Positions 9,240-19,564 of a stretch of 32,000 nucleotides of DNA are shown here, one piece after another. Every line of letters starts with the position of its first letter. Positions within the stretch are counted from its first letter, which is position 1. The translations under genes were made by a program, and so were the position numbers. Source of the stretch: Mycoplasmoides genitalium G37 (lineage in GTDB: Bacteria > Bacillota_I > Bacilli_A > Mycoplasmatales > Mycoplasmoidaceae); NCBI RefSeq assembly GCF_000027325.1, contig NC_000908.2, forward strand, positions 548,077-580,076. Direction: 5' to 3'. Under the pieces are notes generated by a model, which was given only the letters and a program-made list of their open reading frames with translations, had not been told where the DNA came from and did no database searches.

Positions 9240-9651
9240 TACCATTTAAAGTTAAACCAAGGAAGTTTTCATTTCTAATCAATCGACTAAAAGGACACAT
9301 TTCATGGGCTTTTTGAATTAGTTTTTTACCAACTTCTTGGTCATTACTATTAGTAGTTAATTCAACACCAGCCTTAATGTGAAATAGTCCATTTTCTTGA
9401 TGGAGTTCTACTTTAACACTTACAACTGGTTTTTTTGAAAAACTAAATTGATGTTGTTGCATAACAACAATTACTGCTTGAGAAAAACAACTTGCATAAG
9501 CAGATGCAAATAACTGCTCAGGATTATTTTCTGTTTGAACTGATAAATCAGGTTTGGGAAAACTAAGTTTTGTTTGAAAACCATCTAAAGTTTTAACACT
9601 ACCTTCTCTGCCAGTTTCAGTTTGTGCAACAGTTTTATAAATCAATGCCAT
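9229..9651 (-). CDS. ohr: OsmC/Ohr-family organic hydroperoxide reductase
   Basis: The track ORF starts too early at 9711. ATG 9649-9651 gives MALIYKTVAQTETGREGSVKTLDG..., a 140-aa Ohr-like protein with two conserved Cys contexts (ASAYASCFSQA and AHEMCPFSR). TAA 9229-9231. Confidence 0.85.
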   Translation of the reverse strand: MALIYKTVAQTETGREGSVKTLDGFQTKLSFPKPDLSVQTENNPEQLFASAYASCFSQAVIVVMQQHQFSFSKKPVVSVKVELHQENGLFHIKAGVELTTNSNDQEVGKKLIQKAHEMCPFSRLIRNENFLGLTLNGIKL

Positions 9652-9682
9652 GTTAATTAATATAGATAATATTTTAGTAAAA

Positions 9683-10873
9683 ATGTTAAATAACATATTG
9701 CAATTTCTCAAAGAAAGAGAACTTTATTCACAAGCTAATTTTGAAACAGAACTAGATAACCATTTAAAAGAGAAAAAAAATAACTTTTATGTTGGTTTTG
9801 ATCCAACTGCTAATTCTTTACATATTGGCAATTATGTTTTAATTCACATTGCAAAATTATTAAAAGACATGGGGCATACTCCGCACATAGTTCTAGGGAG
9901 TGCAACTGCTTTAATTGGTGATCCTACTGGCAGAATTGAATTAAGGAAAATTTTAGAAGAAAAAGAAATTGTAAAAAACACCAAAACAATTAAAAAACAA
10001 ATCAAACAGTTTTTAGGTGATGTAATTATTCATGAAAACAAAGTTTGATTAGAAAAACTTAATTACATTGAAGTTATCCGTGAATTAGGTGCTTTTTTTT
10101 CAGTTAACAAGATGTTAAGCACAGACGCATTTAGTGCTAGGTGAGAAAAAGGACTAACTCTAATGGAATTAAACTATATGATCTTACAAGCATATGACTT
10201 TTATTATCTACATAAAAACCATAATGTCACTTTACAAATAGGTGGAAGTGATCAGTGGGCTAATATTTTGGCTGGTGCTAACTTAATTAAAAGAAAAAAT
10301 AATGCTAGTGTTTTTGGATTAACTGCTAATTTATTAGTTAAAGCTAACGGAGAAAAAATGGGTAAAACTAGTAGCGGAGCATTATGACTTGATGAAAATA
10401 AAACTAGTGTTTTTGATTTTTATCAATACTGGATTAACCTTGATGATCAAAGCTTAAAAAAGACTTTTTTAATGCTAACAATGCTTGATAAAAAAGTAAT
10501 AGATGAATTGTGTAATTTAAAAGGCCCAAAAATTAAACAAACCAAGCAAATGCTAGCCTTTTTAATTACTGAATTAATCCATGGCACTAAAAAAGCAAAA
10601 GAAGCACAACAACGATCTGAACTAATATTTAGTAATCAACCAGATCTTGATATTAAGTTAGTAAAAACAAGCACTAATCTAATTGATTATTTAGTTGAAA
10701 CTAAATTTATTAAAAGTAAATCAGAAGCAAGAAGATTAATTAGTCAAAAAGGTTTGACAATTAACAATAAACACGTTTTAGACTTAAACCAAATAATTGA
10801 ATGAAAAGAAGAGTTACAAATTATTAGAAAAGGTAAAAAAAGTTTTTTAACAATTAAAACTGTTAATTCTTAG
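9683..10873 (+). CDS. tyrS: Tyrosine--tRNA ligase
   Basis: The three track pieces share one frame and join through TGA at 10046, 10142, 10385 and 10802. HIGH-class motif (SLHIGNYV), KMSKS-class motif (EKMGKTSSG) and an S4-like C-terminus are present. Real stop TAG 10871-10873. I prefer start ATG 9683 (MLNNILQFLKERELY) to 9650, which would overlap the divergent ohr start. Confidence 0.93.
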
Positions 10874-11867
10874 CTAATTTATCTTTAACTTCTTTTTCTA
10901 TTTCAGTTTCAACACTTTTTTGACTAGAGCTTTTACTTTCTGGTTTTTTGATTAATTTGTTATGAAGTAAATCAACAACTTTCTGCATTGAATTTAATGT
11001 TTTGAAATCATAGCTTGCTTGGAGTTTAATGTTTGTAACTAGATCATCAAATGCTTCATTCACTTTTAGTTTAGTATCCATAAAGGTTGTAGGCACACTC
11101 ATAAACAAGTAAGTATGAACTGTGTCATTATAGACATTAAATTTGGCATATACATTCAAAGGATTAAAAAGCACTTTATTTAATACCTCTGTATCTAAAT
11201 TCTGAAAAGAAAAATTTGAATCTTTTTCAACAAAAAGTGAGATGTTTTCTTGCTTTTTGTTTTCAGTAAGTGCTTCAAACTGAGCCACATTCTTATTTAA
11301 AGAATAGTTAGCATCAGTTAAAAAGAAATGATTTTCACTATTAATTGCTGGTGTAATAGCAATCAAGCAAGCTACTTTTTCTGTTTTATTACTGCTTCTT
11401 TTAATTGCATAAATATGACCAAAAACAAATTCACTACCATCTTTATAAGTAACTTTAAATTGTCTTGGAAGTGGTTCAAAATTGTAAAGAGCAGTTGGAT
11501 AAAAACTTGGTAATATATCGCTGCTTATAGGACCTTGTTCAAAAAATTCAAATGATTCTATTGCCTTGAAATTACCCATCTCTTTTTGTCATAAATTAGT
11601 TCTGTTTTCTTTGTTAACTTTTTTTAATAGCTTGTTTCTTTTAAAAAGAGCAGCAAAATGGATAACAAATGCTAAAAACAAAACAACACTACCTAAAACA
11701 ATTAAAAAAAGTGATGCTATATTTGGTATTTCATTACGTGTATAACTATAAATACCAAATGAGATAGCAATAACACTAAAAAGACCACAAAGTCCAATTA
11801 CTCTTAGAAAAGCATTGAGTTTATTTGGTGTCAAAAAGAACTTGTTAAATTTAGTTAGATCTGACAT
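10863..11867 (-). CDS. Hypothetical membrane-anchored protein (two N-terminal helices plus a soluble domain)
   Basis: Track pieces 10863..11579 and 11589..11867 share one frame and join through TGA 11589-11591 (..RTNLWQKEMGNF..). ATG 11865-11867, TAA 10863-10865, 334 aa. I recognise no family. Confidence 0.65.
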
Positions 11868-12436
11868 ATTTGTATAAAAGATTGTATGAAAATATAAACC
11901 AAAGCAAGCTCAACAGTTGTTTTATTACAAGATCTTTTTCCTAAAAACTGCAAGTTGCCAAACTTAGCACGCATCTTTATTAAACGAAGATAGAGCTCAT
12001 CAAATTTTATATCAAGTATTTTGTATCTTTTGTTTGTTTTGGAAATAAAAGTGCAAAAGTACTTTAGAAAATAAAAAATCAGATCCCAAATTCGTTTTTG
12101 TCCTAAACTAATAGTTTTGTTTTTTAGTAATACTTCAGTTTGCTTTAAAACATTTTTAAAAGTAATAACAAGATCATCATTACTGTCATTTAAATAAGTT
12201 TGTATGTTTTCAATTCAAATCAAAATGTAGTGATATTCACTGTCAAACAATTGGGGATTATTTTTAATTACTGTAAAAAAATCAGTAATTGTTTTACTTT
12301 GATCATTTAGTACTTTAAAACAATTCCAAGCTTCATTACCATAACCAACTTCTATTGCATTTAATTCTTGCTTAAATGATAGTAAGTTAACCAAGAAGTT
12401 ATCAATAAAATCAACAACACTAACTGTTTGTTTCAC
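11855..12436 (-). CDS. Hypothetical 193-aa protein visible only under code 4
   Basis: Track piece 12215..12436 ends at TGA 12215-12217. I read the frame on to TAA 11855-11857 with no TAA/TAG across 194 codons of roughly 70% AT sequence. There is no competing plus-strand ORF. The start is uncertain (GTG 12434-12436 overlapping the ftsH end, or TTG 12392-12394). The 3' end overlaps the next gene's ATG by 13 nt. Confidence 0.5.
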
Positions 12437-14528
12437 TTTCTGGTTTTACTTCAGATTTATTTAGTTTTTGCTTTGCTTGTTGTTCTTGCTTTTGCAATAA
12501 GATTTCTGGTGGTAGTTTAGTGTTTTTATGGATGAAGTCAATATCACTTTTCAAAATAGTTTCAGCAATTAAAAGTGCTTCTACAAGCAATTCTAGTTCC
12601 TTACGGTTACTCTTAATGATTGTTTTTGCTTTCTTATACTGTTCTTCAATAATGAAATTAATCTCATTGTCAATATCTTTAGCAGTTTGTTCTGAATAAA
12701 GTTTTACATTAGAAGGGAGTGTCCCTTGACTTGGTACATATTGCACTTGACCTAATTTAGACATCCCAAGCTGGGTTACCATTGCTCTTGCAATATTAGT
12801 TGCTTTATAAAAATCGCTAGAAGCGCCAGTAGTAATTTCTAAATTACCATAGATTTCCTCTTCAGCAGCTCTACCGCCCATAGCAGTTGCTATCATTGCA
12901 AGTAAATCAGATTTTCTTTTTAGGTTAAGATCACCACTCTTAGGTGTTGAAAGTGTGTAACCCCCTGCTTGACCACGAGGAATAATGGTAATCTTTTGTA
13001 CTTCATCATTACTGTGGACATGTAAACCAACCAAGGCATGACCAGCCTCATGATAAGCAACTAGTTTTCTATCTTCATCACTAATTACACGTGACTTTTT
13101 AGCAGGACCAGCTATTACTCTATCAATTGCTTCATCAATGTCATTAATGTTAATTGTGGTACGGTTGTCTCTAACTGCTAACAATGTAGCTTCATTGATA
13201 ACATTTTCTAATTGAGCACCTGAAAACCCAGGAGTTCTCTTAGCAACATCTAAAAGACTTATCTTAGAAGAGAGATTTTTATTTTCAGCATGAACTTTTA
13301 AAATCCCTTCCCTTTCTTTAATATCAGGGAGATTGATTTGAATATGTCTATCAAATCTTCCAGGTCTTAATAATGCATCATCTAATACATCTAACCTATT
13401 TGTAGCTGCCATTACAACAACACCTGTTCTGCTTGTAAATCCATCCATTTCAGCTAACAATTGGTTTAAGGTTTGCTCAACAACAGAATAAGAAGAGAGT
13501 TCAACTCTACCCCGTTTAGAACCAACTGAATCAATTTCATCAATAAAAATAATACAAGGAGCAGCCTTTTTAGCTTTATTGAAAAGATCTCTAACTCGTT
13601 TAGCACCAACACCAACAAGCATATCTTCAAATCCAGAACCCGTTGATTGAAAGAAAGGAACACCAGCTTCACCAGCTACTGCTTTAGCTAATAATGTTTT
13701 ACCTGTCCCAGGTGGACCGTATAAAATTACCCCACGTGGGGATCTTGCTCCCATCTGGGCATATTTCAATGGATTTTTTAAATAATCAACTATCTCAAGC
13801 AACTCATGCTTTTCCTCTTGAAGTCCAGCAATATTGGTAAATTTCACAGTTGACTTAGCCAACTTAGCTTGGGTTTTGCCAATAGAAAAAATATTATCTT
13901 CTTCTCTGCCCCCTGCAGATATACCCCTAGCACTTCTTCAAAAGAGTAAAAAGAAAACTACAAAGATAATAATTGGTAGCAAGCCAAACAAACCATTTAA
14001 TACATCTCTAGCTCTAGTATCAGGAGCAATGAAAGTACCAAGGGTTTCAAAACCTGCAATACTCTTTGTGTTATTACTAGAACCACCATTCATCATGGTT
14101 CCATTACTATTAACGGTAATCTGACCATTACTTTGGTTAATTGATAAGTTAGCAATATTAAAGATAACATTGCCATTACTATTAACAGTTTTGTGAGCAG
14201 TAACAGTTAATGGACTATTTAAACCATCAAAGGTAATGGAAACTTGGAGAATGGTATCAGTAACATAAGTTGAACCATTTATTTGTTTAAATGTCAGTTC
14301 ATTACTAAAACCGCTTACTTTTGCTGTTAAAGTGCTGTTACTACCTCCATTTAATTTTCAGCTTTCAACTACTGCAGTAGCAGCTCTTGGACTGAAAATA
14401 TAAGCTAAAACACCAATAACAACAGCTAAAATGATGACTCATCAAAAGACTTTTCAAGCAGTTTTACGTGAAAAATTATTTTTTTCAGTAGTTGTTTGTT
14501 CTACTAAACCCTTATTTCTTTTTTTCAT
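12420..14528 (-). CDS. ftsH: ATP-dependent zinc metalloprotease FtsH
   Basis: The 480-aa track piece begins at an internal TTG. The frame continues upstream through five TGA codons to ATG 14526-14528, and I found no TAA/TAG. Two TM helices are present. Motifs: Walker A GPPGTGKT, Walker B IIFIDEID and zinc motif HEAGHA. 702 aa, TAG 12420-12422. Confidence 0.97.
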
Positions 14529-14687
14529 CTATGTTAGTTTTTGACCGATTTGGGTTTTTTTGGTTTGAACTACATTAACTGTAATTATACTGCCAATGGT
14601 AATGAAACTAATAAGTGTTAATAAAGTGACGAAAATTATCTTTTTATGTTTACTTAAAAGTGCAATAAAAGCCTTGAACCAACGCAT
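14529..14687 (-). CDS. Candidate small single-pass membrane protein (52 aa) abutting ftsH
   Basis: ATG 14685-14687 to TAG 14529-14531, giving MRWFKAFIALLSKHKKIIFVTLLTLISFITIGSIITVNVVQTKKTQIGQKLT. A basic patch precedes a helix of about 24 hydrophobic residues. The stop codon is immediately followed by the ftsH ATG, and the ORF starts 18 nt after the hpt stop. It is too short for statistical certainty. Confidence 0.3.
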   Translation of the reverse strand: MRWFKAFIALLSKHKKIIFVTLLTLISFITIGSIITVNVVQTKKTQIGQKLT

Positions 14688-14705
14688 AAAATTTTAATAT
14701 CTGTT

Positions 14706-15233
14706 TTAGGGATTGTCTGGTTCAAACACACCAACATAAGGTAGGTTACGATAAAAACCATCATAGTCAAGACCAAAGCCAACCAAAAAATTATCTTTTA
14801 CTTTAAAACAAGAAAAATCAATATTAATATCAAAGGCTTTGGGTTTAATCTTTTCAATTAAGCTAATTAAAGTTATTGATTTAGCATGCCTTGTTTTTAG
14901 AAGATCAATAACTAATTTAATAGATCTACCACTATCAACAATATCTTCTATTAAAAGGATGTCTTTATCTTTAGGGTCATGGGACATATCAAGCACAATC
15001 TTAGGTGGTTGTTTTTGTACATGTGAACCATGATAAGAAGCAACTGCCATAAAATCTAGTTGGAGGTCAAAACTAAATTTACTTATCACTTTGCCAAGGA
15101 AAGGGATGCAACCTTTTAGAATGCCAAGAACAATTACCTTTTTATTATTAAATTTAGCATTGCACCAATTAACTGCTTTTTGACAGCCTTCTTCTATCTG
15201 TTGTTCATTAATAACAATAGATTTAATACCCAT
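14706..15233 (-). CDS. hpt: Hypoxanthine(-guanine) phosphoribosyltransferase
   Basis: Intact 175-aa ORF. PRPP-binding motif ILLIEDIVDSGRS and the overall HPRT pattern are present. Confidence 0.93.
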   Translation of the reverse strand: MGIKSIVINEQQIEEGCQKAVNWCNAKFNNKKVIVLGILKGCIPFLGKVISKFSFDLQLDFMAVASYHGSHVQKQPPKIVLDMSHDPKDKDILLIEDIVDSGRSIKLVIDLLKTRHAKSITLISLIEKIKPKAFDINIDFSCFKVKDNFLVGFGLDYDGFYRNLPYVGVFEPDNP

Positions 15234-15234
15234 C

Positions 15235-15744
15235 TTATTTAGTTTTTTGACGTTCTACTAAAACAACAGCTAAGCAATTAATTTCATTACTGTCTAAAGG
15301 TTTTCTAACTTTGAGATTAATTGTTAATTCTGAAATTCTTAAAGCACTACAAATAAAAGCAAAGATAGCGTGTTTATAATCATCAACCTTTTGCTCTTGA
15401 GGAATCTCTAAGGAGATATCAATATTATTGATAATTCAGTTTTTTCTGATGAAATTGTAAGTTCTTGCTAAGACTCTTGGTGCTTCTTTTTTTGCAGTAC
15501 CTTTAAATTGGACTGTTGATTTTCCTTTATTGAAAACAATATGACCATCACCTAATGCAGTTGCACCAAATAAAGCATCAGCAACTGCTAATTGGATAAC
15601 ATCACTAACTTCATCACTGTTTTCAAGATCATAAATATATTTAGAATTCTCAAAATCAACACCGCCTAACCAAAATTTATTTTTACTTTCTTTCCTTAAT
15701 TTTATGTGGTATTTTTTGCTTCCTAGGCCAACTCTTAACTGCAT
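15235..15744 (-). CDS. IspF (YgbB)-fold protein with apparently degenerate metal site
   Basis: Track piece 15436..15744 ends at TGA, and the frame continues to TAA 15235-15237 (169 aa). By eye it aligns with MECDP synthase along its whole length: LGGV, SDEVSDVIQLAVADALFGATALGDGHIVF, NIDISLEIPQEQK and INLKVRK...CLAVVLV. Confidence 0.7.
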
Positions 15745-15916
15745 TGTTACAAATAATTATAATATCGCTCATCTTTAAATAACAGTGTTGTTTTGTAATC
15801 CAAAAAAAGTAAATTCAGGCAACAGTTTTTTGACTTCAAATATCCTTATTTAGACAAAGCAAAATTTATTAAAGTGAACCAAAATAAAATTGAAGTATAT
15901 CTCTAGATAAATAAAT
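15745..15916. promoter_or_regulatory. Divergent intergenic/promoter region (IspF-like operon leftward, ldh rightward)
   Basis: This is the only other sizeable non-coding spacer (172 nt). A minus-strand TATAAT (plus attata 15756-15761) lies 12 nt upstream of ATG 15744. A plus-strand TAAAAT at 15885-15890 lies 27 nt upstream of the ldh ATG. The hexamers are candidates only. Confidence 0.3.
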
Positions 15917-16855
15917 ATGAAAGGACCTAAAATTGCAATAGTAGGATCAGGTGCTGTTGGTACTAGTTTTCTATATGCTGCAATGACTCGTGCACTTGGT
16001 AGTGAATACATGATTATAGATATCAATGAAAAAGCTAAAGTTGGTAATGTATTTGATCTTCAAGATGCTTCCTCATCATGCCCAAATTTTGGCAAAGTAG
16101 TTGCTGGAGAATACAGTCAATTAAAAGATTATGATTTTATTTTCATTAGTGCAGGAAGACCTCAAAAACAAGGTGGGGAAACTAGGTTGCAGCTACTTGA
16201 AGGCAATGTAGAAATTATGAAAAGCATTGCCAAAGAAATCAAAAAATCTGGTTTTAATGGAGTTACATTAATCGCTTCAAACCCAGTTGATATCATGTCA
16301 TATACATATCTTAAAGTTACTGGATTTGAACCTAATAAAGTAATTGGCTCTGGTACTTTACTTGATAGTGCAAGATTAAGATATGCAATTGCAACTAAGT
16401 ACCAAATGAGTTCAAAGGATGTACAAGCATATGTTATTGGTGAACATGGTGATAGTTCAGTAAGTATTATTTCATCAGCTAAAATTGCAGGACTATCACT
16501 AAAACATTTTTCTAAAGCTAGTGATATTGAAAAAGAATTTGGTGAAATTGACCAATTTATCAGACGCAGAGCTTATGAAATTATTGAACGCAAAGGTGCT
16601 ACTTTCTATGGAATTGGTGAAGCTAGTGCTGATGTAGCTGAACAAATTTTGAAAGATACTAAAGAAGTTAGAGTAGTGGCTCCTTTACTTACTGGTCAGT
16701 ATGGAGCGAAGGATATGATGTTTGGAACTCCTTGTGTACTTTCAAGAAAAGGTATTGAAAAGATCTTGGAAATAGAACTTTCAAATACTGAAAAAGTTGC
16801 GCTTGAAAATTCAATTAAAGTTTTGAAAGACAACATTAAACTAGCAAAGCTTTAG
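15917..16855 (+). CDS. ldh: L-lactate dehydrogenase
   Basis: Intact 312-aa ORF. The Rossmann motif KIAIVGSGAVG, the GEHGDS catalytic-His segment and the substrate-binding R (DSARLRY) are present. Confidence 0.96.
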   Translation: MKGPKIAIVGSGAVGTSFLYAAMTRALGSEYMIIDINEKAKVGNVFDLQDASSSCPNFGKVVAGEYSQLKDYDFIFISAGRPQKQGGETRLQLLEGNVEIMKSIAKEIKKSGFNGVTLIASNPVDIMSYTYLKVTGFEPNKVIGSGTLLDSARLRYAIATKYQMSSKDVQAYVIGEHGDSSVSIISSAKIAGLSLKHFSKASDIEKEFGEIDQFIRRRAYEIIERKGATFYGIGEASADVAEQILKDTKEVRVVAPLLTGQYGAKDMMFGTPCVLSRKGIEKILEIELSNTEKVALENSIKVLKDNIKLAKL

Positions 16856-18129
16856 TTTTGATAGAAAACATTAGCTCATCTATAAAAAGAGTTTTCAAAA
16901 AATAACTCGTTACTTCTCTTAACAAGCATACTAATTTCACTGAGATTTTTAATCTTGTTTTGAGAAGTTTTTATTTTTAATTCATTTTTGTGCTTATTTC
17001 ATCCTTCATAAAAACCCTTAAATTGGTTATTGAATTTAGTAATGAAATAACTAGGAGTTTGATATTCTTTTACTTTTAATTCAAAATCAAGATCACGTTT
17101 TTCACAACTTTCATAAAACTTTACTTGAAATTTCAGAGTGTTAAGATAACTATCTAGTAAGGTTTTTAATATTGCATCTTTAGTTGTTTCAAATGTATTA
17201 ACTAAAAATGAGTGAAAAACATAATCATCTAACTTCACAAAACAAGTTAATAAACTTTTTTTAAACAACTGGTTTTTTAAAAGCGGTTTAATTACACTTT
17301 CAACATTCTTAAAGTTATGAAAATTAAAGTTGTCTTCTTCAATTAAAGCTTTAATCCGTTGAAAAACAAATCATAAGTTAAGTTCTGTAGCAATACTTCT
17401 ACCATCACTGTAGATTGATTGATACATGTGGTGTCTTGTTATCAAGAAGTTTTCAATGAAAGGCAAGCATTTTTCTTGAAAAACAATTTCATAAGTGCCC
17501 TGATTATCTACACATTCCATTCCATTGATAATTGATTGATAATCAACTAATGAGTGACTGGTACCTGTAAAATAAGCATCACGTAATAAATAATCCATTC
17601 TGTCTGTGTCAAGATCTGAAGAGATTAGCTGTCTCATCCACCAGTTAATAGGTTGAATATTTTGATTTTCATCAATTAAAGCGCCAATCAGATTTGGATC
17701 TATCTTATTAGCTTTTAAGATAGAGACAATAGGTTCACTATTAACTAACATTGAAGTAACCTTTTCATGAATAAAAAGTTGTTTTTTAAAATCAGGATTT
17801 TTAGCAAAATAGATTTCAAAAGCATGAGAATGAGGTCCATGACCAAGATCATGCAACAAACCAGCTACTAAAACAGTTTGTTTTTTAATTTGATCAATAT
17901 TTAAAAATGCAGAACTATTTAAGATCCTTCTTATCAGTTCATAAACTCCTAAAGAATGGGCGTACCTAGTGTGAACTCCACTAGGATAAAAATGGAAGTT
18001 AATTCCTAATTGTTTGATGTTTCTTAACCTTTGAAAAGCTTTTGTATTGACCAATTCATACATCCACTTTGTGTTTTCATCAAAAATAATTTCTCCTAAA
18101 ATAGGATCTTTAAAAAAGGTTTGTTGCAT
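16852..18129 (-). CDS. HD-domain phosphohydrolase (dNTP triphosphohydrolase/SAMHD1-like family)
   Basis: Track pieces 16999..17268 and 17371..18129 share one frame and extend through TGA at 17371, 16999 and 16876 to TAA 16852-16854 (425 aa). HD motifs RYAHSLGV and LLHDLGHGPHSH are present. Confidence 0.85.
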
Positions 18130-19564
18130 TAATAAATTGCTTAATTAAGTTTATTGCACTTTCTTTATCAAAAATTTCAATAATATGTGCTAAATCAGGT
18201 CCATGCTCCTTATTTGTAAAAATTAACCTTATTGGCATAAAAAGTTGTTTACCTTTTAAGTTAAACACTGCTCCTACTTTGTTAATAGTTGTTTTAATTT
18301 GCTCAGCTTTTCATTCTTCCAACCCTTGTAAAGATTTGGCAAGCTGTTCTAAAAAAAGTTTGATGTTTTTAAACAAAATATGACTTTTCTTAGCTAAGTT
18401 TTCAACACCTATTTTAGTGGCAAAAGATTCTCTTATCAATTCGTTTATTTGAACACCATGGGTTATTTGATTTTTAAAAAGTAAACTTATTTCCCTGTTT
18501 TTATCTTTTAAATAATCAACCTTAACATCCAAGTAATTATCAATGAAATTGAAATAAGCATTATCAGTTAATTGTTTAATGTAATTAGCATTGATTCATT
18601 GCAGCTTTTTAATATCAAAAAAAGCAGGAGCACTAACAACTCTACTTAAACTAAAGTTTTCAATTAACTGTTTCAAATTAAAAAACTCCTGGTTGTACTG
18701 TGGATGTCAACCTAAGAGTGCTAAGAAATTTAATAATGCTTCAGGTAGATAGCCTTGTTGTTTAAACTGCTCAATAAACTGAGTAGTTTTCTCATCACGT
18801 TTAGAAAGTTTTTTGCCACTTTCATCAACAATAACTGAAAGATGACCAAAGCGGGGAATTCTTTTAAAACCTAATGCTTGATATATAGCAAGTTGGTATG
18901 CAGTGTTAGAGATGTGCTCAGCTCCCCTTAAAACATCAGTAATTTCCATATCATAATCATCAATAACAACTGCAAAGTTATAAGTAGCAACACCATTAGC
19001 TTTAAGAATAACTATATCTGTTAACGCACTGCCGGGAATAGTAATTTGTCCCCTAACCAGATCATTTCAACTATATTCAGCTTCATTGTTTATTTTTAAG
19101 CGGATAGTAAAAGGATCATTTTTTTCTAAGTGATTAGTAATTTTCTTGGAATGTAAATTACGACAATGACCTAAGTATTTAGGGGTTTTGTGGTTATTAA
19201 TGGCTTGTTTTCTATCTGACTCTAATTTTTCTTTGCTACAGAAGCAACGATATGCCAGATTTTTTTCAATTAAATCAAATGCTAGTTTTTTATAAACTGC
19301 TAGTTTTTGTGATTGCAGATATGGACCATAATTGCCAGGGTTATAAACCGATTCATCTGCAATGACTCCAAGCCAACGCAAGTTATCAAATTGTGAATTA
19401 ATTCCTTCTTTTATGTTTCTTTCAGTATCAGTATCTTCTATCCTGATAATAAACTCACCATTAAAGTGCTTGGCTAGTAAAAAGTTAAAGATTGCTGTTC
19501 TTGTACCACCAACATGCAGATATCCTGTTGGGGATGGTGCATAACGTGTTCTAATTTTTTCCAT
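18110..19564 (-). CDS. gltX: Glutamate--tRNA ligase
   Basis: The three track pieces share one frame. I checked the gaps and found TGA only. HIGH-class motif ([11 protein letters not shown]) and KMSKS-class motif (KKLSKR) are present. 484 aa, TAA 18110-18112, overlapping the HD gene start by 20 nt. Confidence 0.95.

Noticed and set aside
9652-9711. N-terminal 20-codon extension of ohr in the track (start 9711) and tyrS start at 9650
   Set aside because: The extension is not part of the OsmC/Ohr fold and would run 60 nt into tyrS. The ATG at 9649-9651 gives a canonical 140-aa protein. ATG 9683 gives a TyrS N-terminus of normal length before GFDPTA.
13466-14124. Track ORFs 13466..13672 (-) and 13834..14124 (+) within ftsH
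   Set aside because: They are an alternative frame and the antisense strand of the FtsH AAA+ and extracytoplasmic regions. The FtsH frame is continuous and conserved across them.
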